Below, one piece after another: positions 28,520 through 37,295 of a stretch of 64,000 nt of DNA (positions are counted from its first letter, which is position 1; every line of letters begins with the position of its first letter). The notes beneath the pieces were generated by a model. The model saw only the letters and a program-made list of their open reading frames with translations, was not told where the DNA came from and searched no databases. The translations under genes and the position numbers were made by a program. Source of the DNA: a virus (taxonomy: Duplodnaviria > Caudoviricetes); the IMG/VR virus record IMGVR_UViG_3300013121_000022, positions 108,505-172,504 of that record, one strand, 5' to 3'.

Positions 28520-28822
28520 ATGGATTACACTGAAATGAAATCACAGATCGATACCTTGATGCACGAGAAAGAAAAAATAGATTCGCAGATTTCGTCCATT
28601 AAACGACAGTACATTCAAGAACACTGTCCCTATAAAGTTGGGCAGAAAATTATTCGTGCGGGTTATGAATATGAGATTCGATCTATCTACTTGGATTTGA
28701 CTGAGGAAAATACTTACATTTTAGGATGCATCAGGATTGGCGCAACGGGTCGTAGAGCATTCAGGGAATTGACATTTAGACCAAGTAAGTCTCAGGTCGA
28801 GTTTGACAACTCAAATGTGTAG
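28520..28822 (+). CDS. hypothetical protein
   Basis: AGGTGG RBS. Confidence 0.6.
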   Translation: MDYTEMKSQIDTLMHEKEKIDSQISSIKRQYIQEHCPYKVGQKIIRAGYEYEIRSIYLDLTEENTYILGCIRIGATGRRAFRELTFRPSKSQVEFDNSNV

Positions 28823-28852
28823 TGTTATTATGTTTGCAATAGAAAGGTTGAT

Positions 28853-29119
28853 ATGTCTAAATTAAAGTCTGCTCTATCATGGGTGTTTTGGTTGCTTGTT
28901 CGGGTTATAGCCTTCCCGTTTCGACTGCTGGTTCAGTTTTCGTGGAAAATTCGGATGGCATGGTCGTACAATAAAGCGAACATCCAAAAATCAATCAGGG
29001 CTTTTTTTGTTGTCTGGATTTTAATACTGGCTTTGATCGTGTGTTTTTTCTTGGCCGGAGCTTTGATTGGCCTGCTGGTTGCAGGGTATCACATTGCATT
29101 GGGGTTGTTCGGGGTATAA
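28853..29119 (+). CDS. membrane protein
   Basis: GAAAGG RBS, hydrophobic. Confidence 0.6.
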   Translation: MSKLKSALSWVFWLLVRVIAFPFRLLVQFSWKIRMAWSYNKANIQKSIRAFFVVWILILALIVCFFLAGALIGLLVAGYHIALGLFGV

Positions 29120-29127
29120 TAATTCAT

Positions 29128-29201
29128 CGGGATGTGATCGAGCATGGCAAGACTCTCCACTCGGACTGGAGGAATCGTTGGTTCAAATCCAACCATCCCG
29201 A
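29128..29201 (+). tRNA. tRNA-Pro(CGG)
   Basis: loop CTCGGAC. Confidence 0.88.
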
Positions 29202-29207
29202 CACTTT

Positions 29208-29576
29208 ATGAACTTCATTGCCCTAGCAATCATTGCCCACTTGAGTTGGTACAATCCGGCCTTGTGCTATACAAGACCAATCAACTGTTTCGATCCCGAT
29301 CACTGGTGGGTCATGGCGGCAGGATCGGACGCCAGAGAATGGTACAACAAATCTCTGGCGTGTCCCGAAACATATCCAATTGGATCGAAATGGATTATCA
29401 CTAACTCACGCAATCAATTGGCCGATGGACAATATCTATGCATGGATCGGGGCGGCATGATTGTTCAGAACGAAGATAGTTCAGTCGTCTTGGATTTGTT
29501 ACGCAAAACCCCCATTTGGCACGAAGTGGTTCAGGTATTTGTTTTAGTTCCCAATCCCCTAGATAAACGACGATAG
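29208..29576 (+). CDS. putative secreted protein with 3D/DPBB-like domain
   Basis: SWYNP..ACP..YPIGS..CMDRGG. Confidence 0.5.
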   Translation: MNFIALAIIAHLSWYNPALCYTRPINCFDPDHWWVMAAGSDAREWYNKSLACPETYPIGSKWIITNSRNQLADGQYLCMDRGGMIVQNEDSSVVLDLLRKTPIWHEVVQVFVLVPNPLDKRR

Positions 29577-29588
29577 AAAGACAAACAC

Positions 29589-29855
29589 ATGATTGTCACG
29601 AAAGAATTTTTAAACGAGAGAGCTAAACGTTCAGTCGAAGCAGGATACCCAAAGCAAAAGTGGATTGAGTTTTGCGAAATGCTATTGAATATCGACTGCG
29701 GCTTTGAACTCCACTTGAAAGAGGCCAAGACAACTGTTTCCAACAATCCGCAACAGGGAGTCAATCGACTAAACACCAAAGTACGTGGGCTTACATCCCA
29801 AGACGGTGGTCGAAAAATCCACCTTGACTTTAGACACACTCGGCAAGTTCTATAG
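29589..29855 (+). CDS. hypothetical protein
   Basis: 88-aa ORF. Confidence 0.55.
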   Translation: MIVTKEFLNERAKRSVEAGYPKQKWIEFCEMLLNIDCGFELHLKEAKTTVSNNPQQGVNRLNTKVRGLTSQDGGRKIHLDFRHTRQVL

Positions 29856-29895
29856 GGCTTGACGATTTGTTTTGCGGCGAGAGATAATTATTTAT

Positions 29896-29971
29896 GGAGT
29901 TGTCAGCATAACAGGCCATGCGTCCCGACTTCGCCTAAAGAAGATATGAGTTCGAGTCTCATACAGCTCCC
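29896..29971 (+). pseudogene. tRNA-like element with collapsed anticodon stem
   Basis: acceptor GGAGTTG/CAGCTCC, D stem GCAT/ATGC and T arm ATGAG-TTCGAGT-CTCAT intact; anticodon stem unpaired. Confidence 0.7.
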
Positions 29972-29974
29972 AAA

Positions 29975-30280
29975 TAACCTGAACAACACAAAGCCGACTT
30001 AGTTCATTGGATTGGACTGAGAGGGAGATTATAAAAGAGTGTTGTTGATTTACAAACAGGGAAGTCCAATTTAATCTGACTTGGACATTACTGGATATGA
30101 GAATGTTGTAAAGTAATAGATTGCGGTATCTGTTTACATAGGTCAGGAACTTCCCATTCAAGCCCTGCTGGTCGGCATTGCGCCGATTAGTGGAGCATGG
30201 TACTCAGCGGGTGCGGGAACACCCTTAAGATAGAGTATCAGCAACGCCACAAACGTTGATAAAACCGTCTGACCGTATTT
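29975..30280 (+). ncRNA. candidate structured RNA(s)
   Basis: AACAACAC/GTGTTGTT, GTCCAA/TTGGAC, GGTCAG/CTGACC and CTGGTCGGC/GCCGATTAG helices; no ORF. Confidence 0.45.
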
Positions 30281-30324
30281 GTTACTTGACAACATTCTCG
30301 TATCCAGTATAATCAGAAACACAT

Positions 30325-30397
30325 GCCGATGTAACTCAACGGTTAGAGTATCATTCTGATAAGATGAAGGTTGGAGGTTCGATTCCTCTCATCGGTA
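30325..30397 (+). tRNA. tRNA-Ile(GAT)
   Basis: loop CTGATAA. Confidence 0.92.
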
Positions 30398-30402
30398 CAC
30401 GA

Positions 30403-30525
30403 GACTGTTCGCACTTCATAGGACGCGTAATTGCATAGAAGTGAACGTTCATAAAGATTAGACTTGTCGTTTTTATGAACCGTAAGTTACCGCATAGACT
30501 TAAGGGAATGCGGCGGGAACAAGTC
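30403..30525 (+). ncRNA. candidate multi-branch RNA
   Basis: closing TGTTC/GAACA plus CACTTC/GAAGTG, GTTCATAAAGA/TTTTTATGAAC, CCGCAT/ATGCGG. Confidence 0.45.
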
Positions 30526-30612
30526 ACCATGCAACCAACCGACAGAGGTTCAAGGAATTATCGACTGTTTGCCAATAGCATAGAATCTTAGAGTTCATAG
30601 AAATTGGATTAT

Positions 30613-30686
30613 CTAGGTATAGCTGAGTTCGGTAAAGCACTACGTTTGGAGCGTAGGGATCGAAAGTTCAAATCTTTCTACCTAGA
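30613..30686 (+). tRNA. tRNA-Pro(TGG), second copy
   Basis: loop TTTGGAG. Confidence 0.88.
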
Positions 30687-30908
30687 CCTGCTTAATGATG
30701 GGTAGCGTCCATCCGAAATCCGAACGTTATCGGAATGTTGATGGCATAGTATCTTTATGTGTTCACCGAGAATTGCGCGATCAACTTATGGTCAGCCATA
30801 AAGAGACACCTGCTGATGCTGACGTTGCATATTGGTCGGGCAGAAACCCGAATAACCAACGCAACCGAGTCGAGTGGTGTGACTTCCCCGTAGAGAGTAA
30901 CGGTGCTT

Positions 30909-30983
30909 GCAACTATAGCTCAGTTGGTTAGAGCGTTTCGTTGACATCGAAAAGGTTCACAGGTTCGAGTCCTGTTAGTTGCA
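30909..30983 (+). tRNA. tRNA-Val(GAC)
   Basis: loop TTGACAT. Confidence 0.92.
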
Positions 30984-31264
30984 CAAACGTTTTGCTTCAT
31001 GGGCAAGACGGGTCAAGCGGAACGGTGGGTTCAATTCCCTGCAACGACAAACGTGCATTCGCTTGACTAGAAACGCTTTCAAAGAAATCCTCTGGCCTTG
31101 CCATTGCAGGGTAGTCCTGAAAAATTTTCCTTAGCGGGAAGAAAGAGCAAGGCGGCGAATCACGAAATGGCCGAAGTAACGGGTCGGCTAAACGCTAAGA
31201 GAAAGTGTCCGGCACATTGATTTCTTTGAAAGCATTTCTATAAACTCTCGAAAGGAACTTGAAC

Positions 31265-31756
31265 ATGAAAACTATCGCTGGAATTTTACAGTTGGCTTTG
31301 TGGGTGATTGGTCTGCCAAGTCTGATTGTTATCGGATTGATTGAGGCCGGACTTAAAATTACCACAAAGATCGTTACGTTGGTGTTATTGATTTTGTTTT
31401 TGTTTGTAACACCATTTGCGCTATTGTTTGCGGGAGTGGCAGGCATGACTCCGGCTGAAATGTGGAAAGTCTTGAAGGTAATTCTTCGGGCAAACTCGGC
31501 GCAGATCATTGGTCATAAGATTTACGAGATTGGCGCAGAACACGCCGAAGACTCCAGCAAGGATCACAAAACGGATGGGGTTGTAGTTGAAATTTTGGCA
31601 ACTCGACAGGATTTTGAAAACATTCGCGATCAGGCCAACGAACAATTGCTTTGGTTTTCCAACATGACGTTTCGTTCATTGGGAACGACTGAGAAATTCA
31701 TCTACAGCTTTTATCTGGTCAACCTGCAACTTGACAAGTGGAAGCGACGCAAGTAA
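31265..31756 (+). CDS. membrane protein
   Basis: GAAAGGA RBS, hydrophobic N-half. Confidence 0.6.
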   Translation: MKTIAGILQLALWVIGLPSLIVIGLIEAGLKITTKIVTLVLLILFLFVTPFALLFAGVAGMTPAEMWKVLKVILRANSAQIIGHKIYEIGAEHAEDSSKDHKTDGVVVEILATRQDFENIRDQANEQLLWFSNMTFRSLGTTEKFIYSFYLVNLQLDKWKRRK

Positions 31757-32055
31757 AATATAACCGTTGCCGACTTGATTGAAACTTCTACGGAAGTGGA
31801 CGGGCAACGCTGAAATCAGCGATGGATCGATAGGTGATCTAACAACTCAGAAAGAGCATGGTGTTCCGAAGCTCCCTTATCCGTCAGTCAATGAGTCGCT
31901 CGATGCCTACACCGGAGGCGAATAGCGAACAAGAAGCTTAGCAAAGCATAAGCCACAACGGACATCGCTAAAAAAAGTGGTATAAGGCGACATAATTTGA
32001 ACCACCAAACAGATTGTTTATGCAATCTTACCCAATCAATTGCTGTCGCATATTT

Positions 32056-32126
32056 GGCCTGCTCCGCTAATGGTAGGCGTACTCATTCTCAATGAGTCAA
32101 CCAGAGTTCGATTCTCTGGCAGGTCA
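32056..32126 (+). tRNA. tRNA-Glu(CTC)
   Basis: loop TTCTCAA. Confidence 0.88.
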
Positions 32127-32159
32127 CAAGATAATAGTTGGAAAGTGTTTTACAATCAT

Positions 32160-32230
32160 GGCCTATTCCTCTATCGGCAGGAGCACTCACTTTCAATGAG
32201 AGAAGACGGGTTCGACTCCCGTATAGGTCA
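32160..32230 (+). tRNA. tRNA-Glu(TTC)
   Basis: loop CTTTCAA. Confidence 0.88.
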
Positions 32231-32433
32231 CAGCGCACGATACGGTTTCATTCAATGTATCGGGCAAGTCACAGCGGACTTGAAAAACGCAGCTTATCGG
32301 TGATGCCAATGTTACAAAAAACGAGATGCCTGAACGAAGAAAAGCTACAGGTAGCAGTAACTTCTCAGGCTATGGTTTGTCGTCTTCTGTGTGATGGGAA
32401 CTGATTGAACGGGCGAAGACGACAAACCATCAT

Positions 32434-32505
32434 TGACGGTTATCACAATGGTAGTGAAACTTACTGTTAATAAGTGCTATGGACGTTCGACTCGTCTACC
32501 GTCAG
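32434..32505 (+). tRNA. tRNA-Asn(GTT)
   Basis: loop CTGTTAA, G73. Confidence 0.88.
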
Positions 32506-32506
32506 C

Positions 32507-32800
32507 ATGTTTACTCAAGCGATAAAAGACTTACAAGCAAAGAAAACCGTTCAGGTTCGTCCACGTGGCAATTCAATGACTGGACGCATAAACAGTGGTC
32601 AACTGGTCACAATTCGTCCCTGTGAACCTTCTAAGGTCAGCAAAGGGCAAGTTGTACTGGTTCGGGTAGGGCGGAACATGTATTTGCATTTGGTGGTAGA
32701 TACAAAACCGGACAGTGTATTGATCGGCAACAATCACGGCAAGATCAATGGTTGGGTGTTCCGAGAAAAAGTGTACGGGATAGTCGAGAAAGTTGAATGA
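32507..32800 (+). CDS. S24/S26 peptidase-like protein
   Basis: PRGNSMTGRI..YLHLV..IGNNHG. Confidence 0.65.
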   Translation: MFTQAIKDLQAKKTVQVRPRGNSMTGRINSGQLVTIRPCEPSKVSKGQVVLVRVGRNMYLHLVVDTKPDSVLIGNNHGKINGWVFREKVYGIVEKVE

Positions 32801-32895
32801 ACTATAAACGCAAGCGATGCCGCCGACAAGTACGATGCAATTTATGCACTGATAACCGAATTGGTAATTCAGCCAAGAACGGGATCAAAAAAGCA

Positions 32896-32909
32896 GATCG
32901 GCGCAGATC
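32896..32909 (+). repeat. GATCGGCGCAGATC motif
   Basis: perfect copy 19 nt upstream of tRNA-Asn. Confidence 0.85.
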
Positions 32910-32927
32910 ATCTCGTAAAAACAACAT

Positions 32928-32999
32928 TGGCCTCTAGCTCAATGGCAGAGCATCCGGCTGTTAACCGGAGGGTTGCTGGTTCGAGTCCAGCGAGGTCAG
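32928..32999 (+). tRNA. tRNA-Asn(GTT), second copy
   Basis: loop CTGTTAA. Confidence 0.92.
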
Positions 33000-33002
33000 C
33001 AT

Positions 33003-33174
33003 AGCAGGTGAGTAGAAAACGACGACTGGATTATTCCAGCGTTATCTAGTGTGGTTCTAAATGGTAGCACTAGGAACATAAATCCGGCCAACCGACATAG
33101 GAGTAACAGACTCGCCCTCTTACCGTATTTGTGTTCTGGCAGAAACCAATGTCGAAAAACCATACTCACCTGTT
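33003..33174 (+). ncRNA. candidate multi-branch RNA, about 170 nt
   Basis: 12-bp closing helix AGCAGGTGAGTA/TACTCACCTGTT; CTGGA/TCCAG, CTAGTG/CACTAG, GAACATAAAT/ATTTGTGTTC. Confidence 0.6.
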
Positions 33175-33302
33175 TTTTATTGTATCACCCTAAACGGAAG
33201 CTTTGGCCGATCTGTGTGCGCTTCGGAAGCTAGACTACGATACTCACAGGAAGATGAACGGAGAAGTAATTACTCTCAAAAATCGGGAAGTGGTACAATT
33301 AT

Positions 33303-33374
33303 GCCATTGTAGCTCATTGGTAGAGCATCTATCTGAAGAATAGAGGGTTGTGGGTTCGATTCCCACTGATGGCA
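33303..33374 (+). tRNA. tRNA-Phe(GAA)
   Basis: loop CTGAAGA. Confidence 0.9.
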
Positions 33375-33378
33375 CTAT

Positions 33379-33458
33379 GCGTTGGAGCGGTGATGGGTGA
33401 CACCAACTGACTGTAAATCAGCCGATTCGTCTTGCAGGTTCAAATCCTGTCCAACGCA
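33379..33458 (+). tRNA. tRNA-Tyr(GTA)
   Basis: loop CTGTAAA, extended variable arm. Confidence 0.88.
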
Positions 33459-33484
33459 CTGATAATTTCTTGAAAGGAACTTGA

Positions 33485-33679
33485 ATGGAGATCAAAAAGG
33501 GTCACACACTGGTTTACTCGATTGAATTAATTCGAGTTGCATCAGACAAAAACAAGGCATGGCCGAAGTATAAATACCTGATTATCGACGGAAAAAAAGT
33601 TCGATTTGAATTTGAATCGACATCCTATGCCAGTAGTTATTTTGTCGTTGCCAAGTACAAAAGAGAAATCACTTATTAG
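33485..33679 (+). CDS. hypothetical protein
   Basis: GAAAGGA RBS. Confidence 0.55.
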   Translation: MEIKKGHTLVYSIELIRVASDKNKAWPKYKYLIIDGKKVRFEFESTSYASSYFVVAKYKREITY

Positions 33680-33682
33680 TTT

Positions 33683-33753
33683 GCATCTATGGCGTAACGG
33701 TAGCGCAGTAGCCTTTTAAGCTTTTGGTCAGGGTTCGACTCCCTGTAGATGCA
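33683..33753 (+). tRNA. tRNA-Lys(TTT), second copy
   Basis: loop CTTTTAA. Confidence 0.85.
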
Positions 33754-33756
33754 CAT

Positions 33757-33830
33757 GCGCTTGAAGCTGAGTCTGGAACAGCAAGAGACTCTTAATCTCA
33801 AGGAAGTGGGTTCGATGCCCATCAAGCGCA
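33757..33830 (+). tRNA. tRNA-Lys(CTT), second copy
   Basis: loop CTCTTAA. Confidence 0.88.
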
Positions 33831-34053
33831 CACACAACACGAGTTGTTGATCATCGTGCAAGGAACAGTAAGCATTGTGGATGGATGTATTACAGGTAGA
33901 TGGACATTTGCAAAGCGTGGTCAAAATTACGATGTCAAGTTAGTAAAACAATGTGTACTCAATCGGGTCTAGGCAATGTCTCAGATAGGAGCTCCACTTC
34001 ATTTGAGTAAGTCCGACAGTCGAAAGCGATCTAATAAGGCTGGAGCTGAAAAA

Positions 34054-34067
34054 GATCGGCGCAGATC
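34054..34067 (+). repeat. GATCGGCGCAGATC motif
   Basis: perfect copy in an ORF-free spacer. Confidence 0.85.
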
Positions 34068-34215
34068 AACTTTATCACACTACAGGAAGCGATTCCACCT
34101 AAGAAGCAATACGAGTTTGGTAGGCGACTGAATGGACTTGATTCGCGGCAAGGTCTAAACAGTGAACGTACAATGAACGAAAACATCAAACGCCTTGTGT
34201 GATAAAATCTCTGCA

Positions 34216-34818
34216 ATGAGACGTATCCGACACGGAACTTCAATCAAATTCGCCTTAAATAAATTTTCGCCCATGCAACACAAAGATGAATTCTTATGGT
34301 TATGGGATCATCTGCCTCCACTTGAAACAGTTTTGGAAATTGGCATGGGTTATGGCGCAACAGCGGCGTTGTTTGCTTTTTCGGGCGCACAGGTTACAAC
34401 GATTGATCCAAAAGTAAAAACCGAATTGTATCAAGAGGTTGATGAAAACGAAGAATACACATTTGACTCACCGGAGTTCAAAAAGTTAGCGTGGTGGGCA
34501 AAGCCAGTTCGCTGGATAAGAAAATCAAGTCTTGACAAAACAGTAATTAGTGATGTAGAATTACCAAGCAATCAGAAATACGATTTACTACACATTGACG
34601 GAGATCATTCGCCAGAGGTATGTAGATCGGATTGGGAAACGTTCTCTCCAATGGCAAAGATAGTTGCCATTCATGATATTTATGGATGGGACAATGATAT
34701 GCACTGGAAGGATGGGCCAAGAGGTTTGTGGAGTGAACTTCGGGAAAGTAAGCAGTATAAAATGCAAGAGTGTTGTTTGCATGAAAGCGGCGGAATGGGA
34801 TTGATATGGATGTCATAA
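34216..34818 (+). CDS. class I SAM-dependent methyltransferase (Methyltransf_24-like)
   Basis: VLEIGMGYG, DLLHIDGDH, IVAIHD. Confidence 0.85.
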   Translation: MRRIRHGTSIKFALNKFSPMQHKDEFLWLWDHLPPLETVLEIGMGYGATAALFAFSGAQVTTIDPKVKTELYQEVDENEEYTFDSPEFKKLAWWAKPVRWIRKSSLDKTVISDVELPSNQKYDLLHIDGDHSPEVCRSDWETFSPMAKIVAIHDIYGWDNDMHWKDGPRGLWSELRESKQYKMQECCLHESGGMGLIWMS

Positions 34819-35069
34819 CTGCGGAATATACGATTAGGCCAGCACGATATGCCAAAAAAATGTTTGCAGTAGAAACCGTTCCAAATGGAACGGGATGGAA
34901 AACAAAAGCAGATCGGGCGGCAGAGGCCGCACAAGGAAAAACAGTTCGTTACTCACATCGCGAAAAGTCGTACATTTTATCGGCTAGACAAGTCGAAAAA
35001 TTCAAAGCTTTGATGTCAAGTAACAACAATATTTTCACTAAAGAATTGCTCGCGAGGACTAACGGCTAG
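34806..35069 (+). CDS. hypothetical protein
   Basis: 87-aa ORF; 3' end overlaps tRNA-Asp. Confidence 0.55.
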   Translation: MDVITAEYTIRPARYAKKMFAVETVPNGTGWKTKADRAAEAAQGKTVRYSHREKSYILSARQVEKFKALMSSNNNIFTKELLARTNG

Positions 35070-35122
35070 GTCGTTTCTCTGTCAAAGAAACAGTCAAGCG
35101 GGTTCGACTCCCGTCGTGGGCG
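35048..35122 (+). tRNA. tRNA-Asp(GTC)
   Basis: loop CTGTCAA, G73. Confidence 0.85.
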
Positions 35123-35128
35123 CACGTT

Positions 35129-35321
35129 GTTGTTAGCATTGAGAGTGTAGCACATTTTTGATTGACGCCGACTTGTTGCGTCGGACGTGCTATCACACGA
35201 CAATCAAAAGTCCCTCACAAGGGATAAGTTGTCAGGCAACCATTGATAGATGTGACAATGAAAGGGCTACCGGAACTTATCCGGTTTCGATCTTGATCGA
35301 AACCCTCTCAATGCTAACAAC
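35129..35321 (+). ncRNA. candidate pseudoknotted RNA, 193 nt
   Basis: perfect 17-bp closing helix; crossing helices TAGCAC/GTGCTA and TTTTGATTG/CAATCAAAA. Confidence 0.65.
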
Positions 35322-35323
35322 TA

Positions 35324-35453
35324 ATTTACAAGTAGTAGCATATAACATACGATAGCATAAGGCTGACTACTTTGAGGCTGAAGCTTGGTTGCAAACAATT
35401 AGTAAGCCGGAACAGCTCTGACTACGCGAAGTTGTATGCTGTTGCTTGTAAAT
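35324..35453 (+). ncRNA. candidate structured RNA, 130 nt
   Basis: 23-bp closing helix ATTTACAAGTAGTAGCATATAAC/GTTGTATGCTGTTGCTTGTAAAT with G-U pairs. Confidence 0.6.
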
Positions 35454-35459
35454 TAATCT

Positions 35460-35531
35460 GCCGCTGTAGGCTAATGGATAAACCGCTAGTCTTCGGAACT
35501 AGCTTTCAGGGTTCGAGTCCCTGTGGCGGCG
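35460..35531 (+). tRNA. tRNA-Arg(TCG)
   Basis: loop CTTCGGA. Confidence 0.9.
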
Positions 35532-35644
35532 CTGAGTTATCTGGTTGCTTGCACGAGATGGATCGATACGTTGACGTGAGTTATTCTCAATAAAATTTAT
35601 GTATTGGCGTGAAGAACCAAACATAGAAATAACCAGACGTTTAT

Positions 35645-35863
35645 ATGACCGAACTTGTTCGCGAACTAATCAATAAACTGCTAGACGGAAAGCGGATTTA
35701 TCTTCCTAACGGACAAGTAATCGGCATGGGAGAAGATTTTTCAATCGGTTATATGTATATGACTCAGAGTGGCGAATGGTTCGTTGGTGCAATAACCATT
35801 GACTTGACTGGTCTGGTTCAGGTAATAGAAAAATACAATCTCTCTCTTGATAATGTTCGCTAA
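35645..35863 (+). CDS. hypothetical protein
   Basis: 72-aa ORF. Confidence 0.55.
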   Translation: MTELVRELINKLLDGKRIYLPNGQVIGMGEDFSIGYMYMTQSGEWFVGAITIDLTGLVQVIEKYNLSLDNVR

Positions 35864-35865
35864 AT

Positions 35866-35937
35866 GCTCTCGTTCGTTAATGGATAAACGACAAAGCTTC
35901 TAACTTTCCCCTGTGGGTTCGACTCCCGCCGAGAGTA
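35866..35937 (+). tRNA. tRNA-Arg(TCT)
   Basis: loop CTTCTAA. Confidence 0.85.
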
Positions 35938-35942
35938 CACTT

Positions 35943-36149
35943 ATGATCAAAAAACAAAAAGTCAATCCTAACGCCATTGCGTATCCCGAAGTTACTGGAT
36001 GGACGTGGATCGGAAATTCAAGTAAAGAAACCGCCGATGAAGCAGTACGTGGATACCAAGTGGCATTTCCAGAATACAAGAAATTACGGGCAGTTAAGTT
36101 TGTTGTGCCAGATACAAAAATCAAGTTTGCGGTATATATGAAGGCTTAA
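35943..36149 (+). CDS. hypothetical protein
   Basis: ATG 6 nt after tRNA end. Confidence 0.55.
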   Translation: MIKKQKVNPNAIAYPEVTGWTWIGNSSKETADEAVRGYQVAFPEYKKLRAVKFVVPDTKIKFAVYMKA

Positions 36150-36151
36150 AC

Positions 36152-37033
36152 ATGAACACAAAAATGACTCGAACCTACAAACCCTATAAGTCTCTGGAAA
36201 ATACATTTGCTGAACATGGACTGAAACTTAAGGTTGTATCTGATCCAATTACTGGACGCGGAAACAAAAATCAGGCGCAGATCGATATTACGGGCAATCA
36301 TTTTCGTTTGTACGCTGGCAAGAATCCTGAAACCAAAATTGCTGTGCAACACGCCGATGGCAAACACATTTTGCTGATGGTGAACGAACCAGAGACGACA
36401 TTCAAAACCGAAGTCACTCACCCAATCAAACGAGACAAGATCATCAAGGTTGTTCCTAAACAATCAAAATGGTCAACTGAAAAATATCTAATTGAACGTA
36501 TTTTACCAGCAGGTGTACGGCACTTTTTGATGGGTCAAGACGAGCGCGGCTTGTTTATTTCAACTGTAGCCAACGTCACGACTGTTCAAAGCGCATTGAA
36601 TTCATTGAAACGCAAGCCAATTGTTGAGGCCGAGAAAAAGGTCAAGGTCGTTCGTCAAGGTGAATGGTTCTTTGTTCCGGCGACCAAAGAGGAAGTACAC
36701 TCGATTGAACTGAGTGGCATAACACATCGCAATCATTCAATTGGTGATGCAACCAAAGTTCGCAGTGGCAAGCCTCATGTTGCACAAGAATTGGTGGTTG
36801 CCGAAATTTATCCGCTTGGACATTTCTTGCCGGAAGTCGAATTGGGTTATAACCTAACACGCTACAACAACGATCCGGTTGTGAACAACATGAACACTCC
36901 TTATTATTTTGCGGTGTTTGTTCGCGGTAAAGTTGCACATGAAGATCATAAGTCGGTTCAGTTCAGTTGCTGGATGAAGGTCATCAAGAATAACGAACGT
37001 CCTAATGTTACGGGCGGAAAGTGGTTTGATTAA
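36152..37033 (+). CDS. conserved phage hypothetical protein (RQGEWFF motif)
   Basis: RHFLMGQDE, RQGEWFFVP, RGKVAHEDH. Confidence 0.7.
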   Translation: MNTKMTRTYKPYKSLENTFAEHGLKLKVVSDPITGRGNKNQAQIDITGNHFRLYAGKNPETKIAVQHADGKHILLMVNEPETTFKTEVTHPIKRDKIIKVVPKQSKWSTEKYLIERILPAGVRHFLMGQDERGLFISTVANVTTVQSALNSLKRKPIVEAEKKVKVVRQGEWFFVPATKEEVHSIELSGITHRNHSIGDATKVRSGKPHVAQELVVAEIYPLGHFLPEVELGYNLTRYNNDPVVNNMNTPYYFAVFVRGKVAHEDHKSVQFSCWMKVIKNNERPNVTGGKWFD

Positions 37034-37202
37034 TTCTTGACAGTATCAGAACTTGTGATACAATTCCGTTCATCATTGCAGAGCACACTTAGAAAGTTGA
37101 AAAAATACTTTCAGCACCTGTGTTTCTTTCGTGAAGTTGCCGAGTGGTAAAACCTAACTTCAAGCCGAACGCTTATTGCTGTGCGATAACAGCAATGACA
37201 AT

Positions 37203-37288
37203 GGCCTTGTGGTGGAACTAGGTAGACACAGCAGACTCAAAATCTGCCGCCCTAAAAAAGCGTGAAGGTTCGACTCCTTTCAAGGCCA
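37203..37288 (+). tRNA. tRNA-Leu(CAA)
   Basis: loop CTCAAAA, long variable arm. Confidence 0.92.
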
Positions 37289-37295
37289 CACGTTG

